The position numbers and the translations under genes are program-made. From UHGV virus genome UHGV-0125199: a DNA stretch of 64,000 bases; one strand, written 5' to 3'. Positions 10,475 through 21,398 of the stretch are shown here, piece after piece. The first letter of the stretch is position 1, and each line of letters starts with the position of its first letter. Below the pieces are notes generated by a model, which had not been told where the DNA came from, made no database searches, and saw nothing but the letters and a program-made list of their open reading frames with translations. Source of the DNA: a virus.

Positions 10475-10783
10475 TTACACAATCTCCCTAGGAATATAAT
10501 CTGCAAGATAATCTTCTTGTCTCTCTTTGAAACGTATTTTTAAATATCCAACATAGTGGAATTTAATTCCATTCTCTTCGAGCAATCCCTTAAAAATATC
10601 TCCAATAGGTTCACATACATCTGTACATGAATTAAACTTTCTAGTTGCTTCTCCGGCAAGACTCTCCACCTCTCTCTGTCTATCTAATGGAATCTGATAT
10701 ACTTCTGGTCTTGCTCCGTAACCTTCTTTGTATTCATTGTTATAGGTTCCATCAAAATCCAATACAAATAATGTCCACATCAT
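10475..10783 (-). CDS. hypothetical protein
   Basis: ORF. Confidence 0.35.
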   Translation of the reverse strand: MMWTLFVLDFDGTYNNEYKEGYGARPEVYQIPLDRQREVESLAGEATRKFNSCTDVCEPIGDIFKGLLEENGIKFHYVGYLKIRFKERQEDYLADYIPREIV

Positions 10784-10863
10784 AATTTCTTACTCCTTTA
10801 TTTCCTGCTGCCAATTCTTTTAATATTGTCATTTCTCTCTCAAAAGAAATGATACTTTCATTG

Positions 10864-11232
10864 CTATTCGCACAACTCTTTTGCTAATGCCAACATCAAT
10901 TCTTCTGCGTTGTCAAAAGTAATAACAGTTCCGTTTCCAATACCTGTGTAAATTTCCTTTGATGCATCATAATCTTCTAAATGTTTTACATCATATCCTT
11001 CTAACCAAGGTCTTTCTTCTTCCTCTGTTAAGTCAATCATTTCTTTTGTAGGCACTTGCAACTCAATCATTACACAGTTTCCATTTTCATCATCATAGAA
11101 TAATCTAGCTGCTTGTTCATAATTCACACCAGTTTCTTCATTTTTCATATCCTCAACAAACTGTTCAAAACTTTTTCCGTCATTAATTCCTTCAAAATTC
11201 CATTCAAATCTATACATAATATCTACCATCAT
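10864..11232 (-). CDS. acidic hypothetical protein (122 aa)
   Basis: high Asp/Glu content. Confidence 0.4.
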   Translation of the reverse strand: MMVDIMYRFEWNFEGINDGKSFEQFVEDMKNEETGVNYEQAARLFYDDENGNCVMIELQVPTKEMIDLTEEEERPWLEGYDVKHLEDYDASKEIYTGIGNGTVITFDNAEELMLALAKELCE

Positions 11233-11914
11233 TTCTTTAAAATACGAGTTTCAACTTAATCTTCTAAAAATTTGAAACTAAACGGTTTTGAATGACTAAT
11301 AAAAATTTTATCACCTATTTTGTATGAACTATTATAGTCTTCTTGCATATCTGTTATTCTAATTGTCCATCCTAAATCATCTACATTTTCAATGATTCCC
11401 CATTTTTTATACGAATCTCCGGGATACAACTGAATTTCTTTTCCAATATAAATTTCTCTGTTATATTTCATAATTTCCACGCCCCTTTACACAATCAAAT
11501 TCCGACTTCATCTCATTTTATATCCCGATGATGATATGTGTTTCCATCATCACATTCAACTAAAATAACCTTCCTGACAATATCATTTAGCGGTCTTGGT
11601 TGATAAGCTCGCAACACCGTTAGTATTTCATTTGTTTCCTTGATGACTATCTCGTCTCCATTATGTAATTTTTTTGCATCATTATATTTCATAATCTTTA
11701 TTTTTCCTATCAATGTTTTCGCTTAACAAAATCCTGATTTCAATTACTCAAAATCATCATCTACAATTTGTGCATCATCGAAATCTGACCAGTCAAAATC
11801 TCCGTCATCCATATCATTTATTAATTCAATTGCTTCACTTTCTGTATCAGCTTCTAAAACTGCATAACCATATTTAACTACCATAACTCTCATTTTTGCC
11901 ATAATCATTTCCTC

Positions 11915-12310
11915 CTATAATCCCATCAAATCTTTTGCAACACTAACACCATAAGTTTCTTCAAACCACGACCAAATTTCCTCTCTGTGTGTTCCTGCTG
12001 CAAATTCGCTCCATTCCTCTTCAATACATTCTGTATCAGGATTCATGGGAATATCTCCAAATTCTAACCACAAATCCTCGATATATTCTGCACGTCTATA
12101 TTCAAAGCTATCGTTCAGACCACGATTAACGATACATGCTAAATCATCATCTGTGATTAAGAATTTCCGTTCTTTACAATAGTTCATGATCACATCATAT
12201 TCCTTGCCACAAAATTCTGTATCATCTTCAATTTGATCAATTTTCAGTTCTTTTAGATATTCTCTTAATGACATACTATTTTCCCTCTTTCCAATGTTCC
12301 ATATCTTCAT
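11915..12310 (-). CDS. acidic hypothetical protein (131 aa)
   Basis: high Asp/Glu/Trp content. Confidence 0.4.
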   Translation of the reverse strand: MKIWNIGKRENSMSLREYLKELKIDQIEDDTEFCGKEYDVIMNYCKERKFLITDDDLACIVNRGLNDSFEYRRAEYIEDLWLEFGDIPMNPDTECIEEEWSEFAAGTHREEIWSWFEETYGVSVAKDLMGL

Positions 12311-12754
12311 TTTTCAATGCGATCATTTCCAACATTTGCAGCGTACTGAAACATTCATTTTGTTTTAAAATTTCCAGTTCTTCTGTGATACACTTTACTT
12401 CTTCATCTTTGTATTCTAAAGAGTCCGCATAATCCATATCTAAAGACAGATTATATAATATTTTCGCAATTTTCTGTGTGTCCATGTTATTTCCTTCTCT
12501 AAAAATCTGTATTTCAATTAGAATCGCTTATTGCACACGAATCAGCTATGAAAAGTTTCCCATTATATATACTTACATTTGTATCACTGTCTTGATACAT
12601 TCTTTCATTTTGAAAATCGTAATTGCTATATCCCTGACAACAAACAAAAACTTGCGTATCGTCTGAAATATCTTTAATAAATTCTCTTAATTCCCCCTGC
12701 TGTCACTATTTTCTTATTTTCGTTCATAACCTTTCCATCCTATCATGTAAATTT

Positions 12755-13318
12755 TTATAAAAATTCATTCCCGGTAATCACAAGCAGCACATTATACAAC
12801 ACTCTGAAGCAATCCTTATTATATTCTTTCTGTGCCATTACTTGTAAAAGACATAAACCATCTTCCAATTCTTGTTTCAATTCTTCTGATCGTTCCAGAT
12901 TAGATAGTTCAATCAACTGTTCTGCAATATCTTCAGTGTTATAACAAGAATTCTCCTTGTACTGTTTTAGTTCTTCCAGATTTTCTTTATTATTTTCATC
13001 TTTTGCCAATGTATCCGCTAATTCATTAAGCATTTCTTGTATTTCTTCCGCATCTTCTATGAGTTCTCTAATACTATCAGGGACTCCATTTACCTTTTCT
13101 CTTGCCTCAATCCACATTTCCGCATGTTCATTTGCATCAAAATCATTTGCGTATTCTCTTACTGATTCAGGGAAATTTTCCACTTCTACAATAATAGAAA
13201 AATCTTCTCCTGCTGGCGAATACGTTTCAAGCTCCACTCTCCCATCTTCTGTATAAGAAGAAACATTCCAATCATTTTCTTTTAAAATGTCTATGTATCT
13301 TTGTTCTAACTCTTTCAT
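12755..13318 (-). CDS. highly acidic protein (187 aa), candidate DNA-mimic/host-takeover protein
   Basis: long runs of E/D; coiled-coil like. Confidence 0.4.
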   Translation of the reverse strand: MKELEQRYIDILKENDWNVSSYTEDGRVELETYSPAGEDFSIIVEVENFPESVREYANDFDANEHAEMWIEAREKVNGVPDSIRELIEDAEEIQEMLNELADTLAKDENNKENLEELKQYKENSCYNTEDIAEQLIELSNLERSEELKQELEDGLCLLQVMAQKEYNKDCFRVLYNVLLVITGNEFL

Positions 13319-13611
13319 ATTTACTTCTTCTCCTTACAAAAAATTTTCTATTCAACTTCAATGATTAACCAACTTTCTCCATTTTCTTCGACAGAGTATA
13401 TATATTTAATTTCCATATCCATAAAATCTCCATAATGTTTTTGGCTAAAACATGTAGTACTATGTAATATTTTGTGTATATCTGATTTATAGTCATATTG
13501 TCTAACTGTAACTTTTCCTTCAATTTCAATACCATTTTCTAATAATTGTTTAATTGTCATGTTTTCCTCCTATGAAAGCGTTCTTTTATTAAATAAACGA
13601 TAAAGCAGCCG

Positions 13612-14781
13612 TTAAGCTGCTCTATCAAGTTGTGTTCTAAAATTTATAATATAATTTTCTCCGGCAATATTGATCGGAAGAATCAAGAAATTGTACTCGT
13701 TTCCATCAATGTACATTGGAGCATTTCTTTGGCTTCCTCTGAATACCGGATTCTCTGAATCAATAACTGATAATGCATCCACAAGATAATGTGAATTGAA
13801 TCCAATAAATAAGTCCTCGTCCATTACAAGATTTTTCGTTTCAATCTCGTCAAAAGTTTGATATCTGGAAGTCTGCAAATATGTGTAAAGTTTTCCGTTC
13901 TCACTATGAAAGATAGTAGGCTCCTTTTCTTCTTTTACCATATCTGCATTATACTTCATAATTTTTAACATTTCTTCTCTATCAGCATTGAATACAAAAT
14001 CTCTGCTATCGCACAACATCTGTTCAATATTGAAATATTGTCCATCAATTCTTCTGATAACGTATGTAAAATCTTTTCCGGAAATTCTGATATATTTCTG
14101 ATCCTGATATACTTTGACTCCCGCATCTGATCTTTTATCCATGATTTTCTTGAATACTGGCAAGCATTTCACATGGAGTTTTACAGTGTCAAATGGATTT
14201 TCCGTCACTGTTATAATCTCCTGGCTATCAAGTGATCTTAATGCAATTCTGTGATTGTCCAACGCCTCTATACGTTTCCGCTTTGTGTTAAAGTTAAATA
14301 CATTCAGCATTTTATTAACGTCATCTCCTGCCACAAATAAAGAAAGATTAGCGATTGTTTTCAATAACCAACTCTCCGTTGTTGTAATAATATGTGCTTC
14401 TGTATCATCCATTGCTGGAAGAAAAATATCTGTATTCGCATACCGTGGAATAGTAACAATCTTTTTTCCGCACTTTATGTTTATTCTCTGCTGCGTTTTC
14501 GTACTGACATCTTCCAGTGTTACTTCTCCGCTCATTTTGGAAATGATCTTGATATCGTCAATGTCAATCCCCAAAACGCCTGGACTTGTGTCAAATGCAT
14601 TATTTGTTCTTATTTCTGCAAAATGTTCCATATCGGTACCCCACATTTTCACCGTTCCATCTTCTTCGACCTGCATATATAACTTTTTCAAGCTGTCAAG
14701 TGTTACTTTCTTATCAATGGCTGCCAATCCTTTTCTCATAATTTCTTTTAAATCTTTTGCATTCATTGTAAATTTTAACAT
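13612..14781 (-). CDS. DNA polymerase III beta sliding-clamp (DnaN-like) homolog
   Basis: N-term 'MLKFTMNAKDLKEIMRKGLAAIDKK' and C-term 'GFNSHYLVDALSVIDSENPVF' clamp signatures, ~370-390 aa three-domain length. Confidence 0.7.
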   Translation of the reverse strand: MLKFTMNAKDLKEIMRKGLAAIDKKVTLDSLKKLYMQVEEDGTVKMWGTDMEHFAEIRTNNAFDTSPGVLGIDIDDIKIISKMSGEVTLEDVSTKTQQRINIKCGKKIVTIPRYANTDIFLPAMDDTEAHIITTTESWLLKTIANLSLFVAGDDVNKMLNVFNFNTKRKRIEALDNHRIALRSLDSQEIITVTENPFDTVKLHVKCLPVFKKIMDKRSDAGVKVYQDQKYIRISGKDFTYVIRRIDGQYFNIEQMLCDSRDFVFNADREEMLKIMKYNADMVKEEKEPTIFHSENGKLYTYLQTSRYQTFDEIETKNLVMDEDLFIGFNSHYLVDALSVIDSENPVFRGSQRNAPMYIDGNEYNFLILPINIAGENYIINFRTQLDRAA

Positions 14782-14820
14782 TATTACCTCTCCTGTTCCT
14801 TATATAAAACATCACTTTCC

Positions 14821-15108
14821 TTATTGCACGAATTCGATTTCCCACACATTAGACTGTTTGCAAACACCATCTTCAAATTTCCAGTCGGATGCTTTTCCAT
14901 ATTCAATCCAACTTCCTTTCCCATTGTTGGCTAATGTAATTTTGCTATCTGGTTTTTCATCTTCGATACTGTAAAACCCGTTTGTCTGTACTACATTCGG
15001 CTTTCTAATCTGTCCCTCATATTCTGATCTGATATAGTGTTTTCTAATAATAAATTTACGTCCCTCTTTGATTACTCTTTTTAACTGTGCTAAATTTTTA
15101 ATTTCCAT
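14821..15108 (-). CDS. hypothetical protein
   Basis: ORF. Confidence 0.35.
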   Translation of the reverse strand: MEIKNLAQLKRVIKEGRKFIIRKHYIRSEYEGQIRKPNVVQTNGFYSIEDEKPDSKITLANNGKGSWIEYGKASDWKFEDGVCKQSNVWEIEFVQ

Positions 15109-15343
15109 GTTTATTTCCTCCCAATAACTAATCCCTGTTACAATAATCTAAAAAAGCGCCTATTGTTTCTTCTGCTTCGCACCTAGTCAAATATCTTCGC
15201 TTTTTACTTTTCTTTCTATGTAATGGTAACCCACACATCTTGCGTTCATTATTTCTTAATAACATTTTGTCCGTTTTTTGTTTCTTCCTGGTATTTATGT
15301 CCATACTTATTTCACCTCACAAAATCGTGCTTTCGTCTGTTCT

Positions 15344-15610
15344 TTAAATTTTTTCTACTTCTTTAAAATCATTGTCTTTTAAATATTTTATGTAATCTAC
15401 AATATCAGATTTTCTTTTAACTTCTATATCATCTGCTTTATAATACCCATAAAAGGGATCGACAAACTGTTTATATGTTTTATTTTCCATATCAATAATA
15501 AGGTTATAGTTATTTGCCGCTCCTCCTGTTTTTCTCCAATTATTATCAATCCAAAACAAATGAATTTTCATATCTACACCTCTTCTTCTATAATTTCCAC
15601 CACACCACAA
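15344..15610 (-). CDS. hypothetical protein
   Basis: ORF. Confidence 0.35.
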   Translation of the reverse strand: MWCGGNYRRRGVDMKIHLFWIDNNWRKTGGAANNYNLIIDMENKTYKQFVDPFYGYYKADDIEVKRKSDIVDYIKYLKDNDFKEVEKI

Positions 15611-15915
15611 GGCTTATCTGCATTGCTGTGATATTTCCCGCCGGCGAAATAAGCATAACAATCATTCAAAACTACACCTTTTTCATATCCGTTTAAATCG
15701 TTGATACTGATTCTATTTCCGTCATAGTCTGTCAATTCGTATCTATTCACATTATTACCTTCTCCGTATAATGTGTAAATCGATTTAAAACTCTTTACAG
15801 AATTTAGAATTTCTTCTTTTATATCATTCGGCACATTTTCTTTTTCAAGTTCTCTTCTGAAATATTCTTTATCATCAATTTTAAAAATTACTTTTCTCAT
15901 ACCTATTTCCTCCAC
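15574..15915 (-). CDS. hypothetical protein
   Basis: ORF. Confidence 0.35.
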   Translation of the reverse strand: MEEIGMRKVIFKIDDKEYFRRELEKENVPNDIKEEILNSVKSFKSIYTLYGEGNNVNRYELTDYDGNRISINDLNGYEKGVVLNDCYAYFAGGKYHSNADKPCGVVEIIEEEV

Positions 15916-15937
15916 TTGAAATTATCTTTTCATGTAA

Positions 15938-16192
15938 TTATTTTAAAGAAATTTTCCACCCTATTCCATTTTCTTCAATCTTAAATCCATGTTTTTCAAA
16001 GATATTCTTGACATCACCACAAATTGATACTGTGCTATGTGTAATATCTCTAATAATAGAGTTGTAACAATGTACTAATTCCTCTGCCGAATATGGTACG
16101 AGATTATATTTTCTTAATTTTCCATTGTCATAAACTTCTTCCAATATTCTTCTTATTTTTAATAATTTATTCTGTTCTGTTTTAGTAAACAT
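15938..16192 (-). CDS. hypothetical protein
   Basis: ORF. Confidence 0.35.
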   Translation of the reverse strand: MFTKTEQNKLLKIRRILEEVYDNGKLRKYNLVPYSAEELVHCYNSIIRDITHSTVSICGDVKNIFEKHGFKIEENGIGWKISLK

Positions 16193-16669
16193 AACTATTT
16201 CCTTCCGATAAAATCATTTCATATTTCATGTGTTTTCTCTACACATAATATCTATCATATCCGCATGTTCATAATTCCATTGTTCCTGTTCTTGTGTTCT
16301 GTCTTGATATTCACAATCAAATTTATAATAATCAAGTTCACAAGTAGGTTTATCGCTCCAACCATCATTTCCTTGATGTTCACAATGTTCTTTTTTATTA
16401 CATAGCATTTTTATTTCTCCACAATTTCATCATATACTTGTTTTGCATATCTAATAGCTTCACCAATAGTAACAAAAGCTATCAAATACTCTGCTCTAAT
16501 ATTTCCATCATAAGATACCTTACGATATACTTTGTATTTCGCTCCCATATCAAATTGATTATAAAAAACAAACACATTTTCCTTTTCGCTTTTCCACATT
16601 TCCTTATAGTCTTTTACTTTCATTTCTATTTCCTCCCGATAAAATCATTATTCAATTCAATTCCATACA

Positions 16670-16918
16670 CTACTTACAAAACGGTTTCCAGTATGCGATC
16701 AGTGCCACACCTAATACAGTAATATATACTTTTGCATCCGTTTCTGTCATAAACAACGCGATCAGAAGCAAAATCAATCCAGAAAACTTTTGAAAGTTCA
16801 GTCTACGCTTCCACCGTTTAAACTTCTGGCTCGTAGCAGCTATAACATATCCTTCTAACCATTCTTTATTATGTTTCTTCCATTCTTTTTCCGTCGTAAC
16901 AGTTTCAATCACGTTCAT
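16670..16918 (-). CDS. small membrane protein
   Basis: hydrophobic segment 'LILLLIALFMTETDAKVYITVLGVALIAYW'. Confidence 0.35.
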   Translation of the reverse strand: MNVIETVTTEKEWKKHNKEWLEGYVIAATSQKFKRWKRRLNFQKFSGLILLLIALFMTETDAKVYITVLGVALIAYWKPFCK

Positions 16919-17161
16919 TTCATTCTACCTCCGTTCTTCATATACCTGTTCACTGCGTTGTTATACTCCCATTTTTCCACCACTGATACACCGCCTTTTG
17001 TTCTGACTGTACAATATTTCTTTCCATCAATTGTAAATTCGTTTAAAAGTTTCATTATTTTATTCTCCCTTTTGTTGTTGTGTTTATTTGTTGTATTTTT
17101 TATTTCCCTGAAATCATTCTGCAAGCTGTGATACTCACAGAACGTAATATGTAAGTTTTTC

Positions 17162-18106
17162 TTATGCAGTCTTTGCTACTGCTTTTCTTGATGTTCTTTT
17201 TCGTGTTGTCTTAGACTCAATTGCCGGAATATCAATATTCCTTTCGATCACACCGGAAAGGAAATCGAATAATGAATCTTGCCACTTCTCTGATAAATTA
17301 TCATTAAAATATTTACTTCCTTTACAGTTATTCAACAGAACCCTTTCCATGTCTGTCTCTCTTCCAGCATAATAAGAATATAGTTTCCTAAACACTCTTA
17401 ATGTTTTCGCACTAAACGCCTTTCCTTCTCTATAACTTTTCCCACCGTTCCATTGAAGTTTTACAATAAGTTTCAAAATTCTATCTAATAAATCCGGACA
17501 AAATTTAGACATTTTTACACCATCAGAGATAGGAGTTAAAACACCAATAGGATTTTCTACCGGGTTTCTATCTCCTTTAACAGCTACATGGTTTCTATCA
17601 CAGATAGCTTTTAATCTAATGTATTCCTCTTTCTTTGCCACAAGTGCAGCACTATAAGTATCAACTGGCGTCATATTTTTCCTATCGTCTTGTTGAGATA
17701 AGAACAGATCAACTGCTTCCGCTTCTGTGATTCCTATTAGCACTTCAACCTGAATCAATTTCATATTACCAAAATAAGCACCTATAACACGATGCATTCC
17801 GTCAACGACATAGAATTTATTATCTTTGTACATGATTTTTGGTAAATCCCATTTATATGGACTAAATTCGGAACCGATTTTCTTCGCTGTATTAACTGTT
17901 AAATCTCTTTGCCAATCTGGAACATGAATAAGCAACGGATTGATGCTGATAATTGCCTTTTCTCTTCCGTCATGTTTCGATCTTGCCTCTTCCATCTTGT
18001 CAGATACAACCATTCTTTCTCCAGCTTCAATAATGTTATTTAACATTCTTGCCTCATCCATCATTGTTTCCACTTCCATAGGTTCAAGTTTTCCGTTTCT
18101 ACTCAT
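17162..18106 (-). CDS. ParB/sulfiredoxin-fold nuclease-domain protein (DGQHR-like 'DGMHR' motif)
   Basis: 'FYVVDGMHRVIGAYF' ParB N-terminal/DGQHR-type motif. Confidence 0.55.
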   Translation of the reverse strand: MSRNGKLEPMEVETMMDEARMLNNIIEAGERMVVSDKMEEARSKHDGREKAIISINPLLIHVPDWQRDLTVNTAKKIGSEFSPYKWDLPKIMYKDNKFYVVDGMHRVIGAYFGNMKLIQVEVLIGITEAEAVDLFLSQQDDRKNMTPVDTYSAALVAKKEEYIRLKAICDRNHVAVKGDRNPVENPIGVLTPISDGVKMSKFCPDLLDRILKLIVKLQWNGGKSYREGKAFSAKTLRVFRKLYSYYAGRETDMERVLLNNCKGSKYFNDNLSEKWQDSLFDFLSGVIERNIDIPAIESKTTRKRTSRKAVAKTA

Positions 18107-18524
18107 TTTTCTAATCTCCTTTAATATGTAAAATTTTCTATAATAAAAGCACCTGTATAATTACAAGTGCTTTCTATACGTATACATCTATGTTACATTG
18201 TCTTTCTTCATTTTCGATATGAACATCTATCCATGTTCTACCGCGCCTATATGAACTGCTTCCCAAAATATCCAGTGTTACGAGAGGATTTTCCCGAATC
18301 TGCTCATACTCTTCATTCGTTAGTATATTCTTATCCAAGGCTTCCAATTCATCAAACGTATAATCTGCTAAAGATTTTCCTACTGTTATCATAATCATGG
18401 CTCCTTTCCTTCTGCTTCGTTCCACTTCTTTCAACCGAGATCAGCTCAATCTGGCGTTTTCTCTGTGTAATATTGATTAACTGTATCTGATGTTTGTTAT
18501 AAAAATTTTCCATCATGTCTCTTC

Positions 18525-18899
18525 CTATTCCATTCTTTCCGCTTTCGTATTTGTTGTATATGGCTCTTTGCTGATTATCCAATCACCTACAGATAGATAT
18601 ACTTTTTCATTATCGTTCCAGGTTTCCCAACCTTTTATATCATTTACATTGATATATCCGCTATCCGGTGTAACGTCTGTTTCGATATAATAGCCAGTTC
18701 CGTCCGAAAAGTTTAACTCAAGCCCCTCTGTTCCTATAGTAACGCTTTCGATTTCTTCTGTATCGACATATGTTTCCGGCATTTCTGCGACTGTTCCCTG
18801 AGCTTGTTTCGGTACGGTTTCAACCGTGTTTCTTCCTATTATAAATATGGTAAAAGAAATAATTGCAACAACACCGATATATAATATTTTCCGCTTCAT
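18525..18899 (-). CDS. secreted/membrane-anchored protein with N-terminal signal/TM
   Basis: 'MKRKILYIGVVAIISFTIFIIG' then hydrophilic domain. Confidence 0.4.
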   Translation of the reverse strand: MKRKILYIGVVAIISFTIFIIGRNTVETVPKQAQGTVAEMPETYVDTEEIESVTIGTEGLELNFSDGTGYYIETDVTPDSGYINVNDIKGWETWNDNEKVYLSVGDWIISKEPYTTNTKAERME

Positions 18900-19101
18900 A
18901 ATTCAAACCTCTTTCTATAAATCCCTTACGTTTCCGACTATTTCCCAATCTGTTAAAGCATAAGTTGTATTTAGCTTTTCCAGTGGTAAACGTTCAATAT
19001 TTCCATTTCCTGTATTGTATATGTATCTGTGCATCTTTGTATCAACGATCGATTCAGTGATAACACGTTTTAAAAACTGTTTTGTCATGGTTTATTTCTC
19101 C

Positions 19102-19467
19102 TTATTTGCACAAGATCAATCCACTTTTTAACATATCCGAAAACCATTCATGGAAGTCGTGATACTCTGTCTTGTCAATAATATCCCGATAAATTTCTTT
19201 TAGCTGATTTTTTGAAAATGTTTTATCCATAGCGTCTGGGAGTGATTCTCGATTATCTTCTGAAAAGTAATATCTGTTTTCAGCTTCTTCATAATTTTCA
19301 ACAAATTCTTTCAGTTCCTCCAGCGTGTCAAAACGTTTATAAAAATCTGTTTCAATCCATTTACCATTTTTATTGATATATTTTGTAGCTGTCCATTTGT
19401 GTTTACAACAGTCACAATATACAGCAGAAAATGCAATGTTTTCATTTAATGTTTTAAAAGTATACAT
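19102..19467 (-). CDS. hypothetical protein, first gene of leftward block
   Basis: ORF; 'CDCCKHKW' Cys cluster. Confidence 0.4.
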   Translation of the reverse strand: MYTFKTLNENIAFSAVYCDCCKHKWTATKYINKNGKWIETDFYKRFDTLEELKEFVENYEEAENRYYFSEDNRESLPDAMDKTFSKNQLKEIYRDIIDKTEYHDFHEWFSDMLKSGLILCK

Positions 19468-20595
19468 TTTTACTACCTCTCTTTCTTAATATCCAAAAAC
19501 TACCCAGTAACCAACCATGCTGACTGTTAATACAATCGGCATTAACAGAGTCGTGATCTCGTTAATTCTGTTTTTCAGATTTCTTTTCTTTCTTCTCATT
19601 TTGATTACCTCTCATTCTTATCTGATTGTTTATTCTCTCTTTTATTCTCAGCTACGCAAGCCATCTGCGGAAACATTAGAAGTAAAGTCGTTTCTACTAC
19701 TCACTGCCACGGGTCTTATGCTTTTGCCCGAAACGTATCTTTCTTTGCTTGTTTTCTATGCCTTGCATAGTCAAAATAAAATAAAAACAGATTCACAAGT
19801 GATTCACAGCCTCGTTATCTAAACCTTGCTTTTCAGATTCTAAAATCCTATCTGTGATTGACTCCGCTTTTCTGCTAGTTGTTTCTGTCGTGGTATCCTC
19901 TACACGTCTGAATTATTGTTATCCTGTATTCTTCAGCCTTTTTCAGCCTTACATAAAGCCACTTCGATTCTTTATGCGGATAGTTTTATTATACGGTGTC
20001 TACCTTTTCACCCGTCCGTTGTACTCATATTTCTGGCAACGTCAACGCTCATTCTTTTTTTATATCCTTTACGAGTCGGATATATTTTTTTGTTATTCCG
20101 TATTATTATTTAAAGGACTTGCCGACTTGACAAGTCCTGATTTACAAGTTACAATAATTTATGAGTTGTCGTGTATATATTCTTTTGCTTCTTGTTCCGT
20201 TGGACACTTTACAAGTTGCATATGGTCTGAATTGTACACGACTGTTTCATTGTCGTATGTTATATAGTACATACGTTTTCACCTCCCTTCTGTTGGAAGT
20301 GAAAGTTATACGTGCTTATTTCTTTTTAGTTCCACCGCATTGCACAATTTAAAAATGTGTTGTATAACATTTTTTAGCGGTTTTTATGTGTCTACTCTGT
20401 TTTTTTCGCCTATCATCTTATCTCATGTCCTTTACATCCAATTAACAAGCTAGATGCTATATGCTCAAGTTTATACAGATACGGCTTGTTATTGTAATGC
20501 TATCCCGAATTATCGTCAGCGATACTTAACTTTTCGATTTTTCAATGTACAAAATTTTTAAAAGGAATTTTTCACAAGAACTTGTGAAACACGAC

Positions 20596-20624
20596 TTGAA
20601 AAGCGAATACTAAAATGTTAGAAT
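20596..20624 (+). promoter_or_regulatory. sigma-A-type promoter TTGAAA-17 nt-TAGAAT
   Basis: -35 TTGAAA (20596-20601), 17-nt spacer, -10 TAGAAT (20619-20624). Confidence 0.5.
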
Positions 20625-20630
20625 ATATAT

Positions 20631-20705
20631 AATCACTTTTCAAGAAGTGTTTGGAAAGAGCAGTCATTGTTTGGTTGGTAGCCTTGCGACTGCTCTTTTG
20701 TTTTC
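20631..20705 (+). ncRNA. candidate ~75-nt small RNA (two hairpins, second is intrinsic terminator)
   Basis: promoter upstream; hairpin CACTT-TTCAAG-AAGTG; terminator stem AAGAGCAGTC/GACTGCTCTT + TTTTGTTTT. Confidence 0.45.
20657..20705 (+). terminator. rho-independent terminator
   Basis: 10-bp GC-containing stem followed by T-run. Confidence 0.6.
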
Positions 20706-20718
20706 CTTTTGTGATTAT

Positions 20719-20748
20719 ATAATATCATATGTTTTTATGTTTGTCAAT
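20719..20748 (-). promoter_or_regulatory. sigma-A-type promoter on minus strand TTGACA-17-TATTAT, convergent with plus-strand promoter across the terminator hairpin
   Basis: reverse complement of 20743-20748 = TTGACA; of 20719-20724 = TATTAT; 17-nt spacer. Confidence 0.5.
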
Positions 20749-20765
20749 CATTTTTGATTATTTTT

Positions 20766-20987
20766 TTAATCTTTTTCGATTATTATTTTTGCTTTATATC
20801 CTAATGGGTTTATAATCTCATTTGTTTCATCGAGTGATAAATTCTTTTTATTTATTTTACGATTCAAATTTTGATTTACAATTCCCATTTTTTCAGCAAG
20901 TACTATTTTTTTTATGCCCGACTCTTTTATAATGTTATTGATCGTACTTGATAATTCAGCGTTGTTATTTATGTCCACTCTGATCAC
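20766..20987 (-). CDS. small HTH (Cro/XRE-like) DNA-binding protein
   Basis: 'KKIVLAEKMGIVNQNLNRKINKK' HTH-like. Confidence 0.5.
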   Translation of the reverse strand: MIRVDINNNAELSSTINNIIKESGIKKIVLAEKMGIVNQNLNRKINKKNLSLDETNEIINPLGYKAKIIIEKD

Positions 20988-21398
20988 CTCCTATTATAAT
21001 AAGGAAAGTATACCATAAAAACAGAAGTTAGTCTAACATTTCACTATTCACTTTTCAAGGTGCATTCCTTTTGTAATTGGGTATCGCTTAGCCAGAATTG
21101 ACTTTGCTTTTCAGATATGCTACACTTTAGTTGTTTAATTATTATGTATCGTGCAGTAAATCTGTACACCCTATAACAAAAACTTAGTAACCCGTGTAGA
21201 CTTATTGACTCTGCTTTACGGTGTGCATCATGGACTTATTGACTCTGCCGTGATTGCGTTGCTTTGTTTTGATGTACTTATGGTATCATAGGTTCAACCT
21301 ATAGTCAATAGGTTTTACCTATTTTGCCACTTTTACTAAATAATGAGTGTTTTTTGTTTATTGTTGTTGTGTATTTTAAATAAGAAAGTGGTGATATT

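Noticed and set aside
14255-14974. Long antisense ORFs inside large genes (for example 14255..14974, 32280..32891, 46939..47559, 48049..48570, 48850..49392, 55293..55769)
   Set aside because: They lie entirely within better-supported genes on the opposite strand, have Ser/Phe/Leu-rich low-complexity translations and no RBS.
19517-20352. Plus-strand ORFs 19517..19822, 19854..20267, 19916..20113, 20161..20352
   Set aside because: They have low-complexity, hydrophobic/aromatic composition and no RBS. They lie in a regulatory region rich in operator-like repeats (TTACAAGTT x3, GGACTTG...CAAGTCC) and are more likely non-coding.
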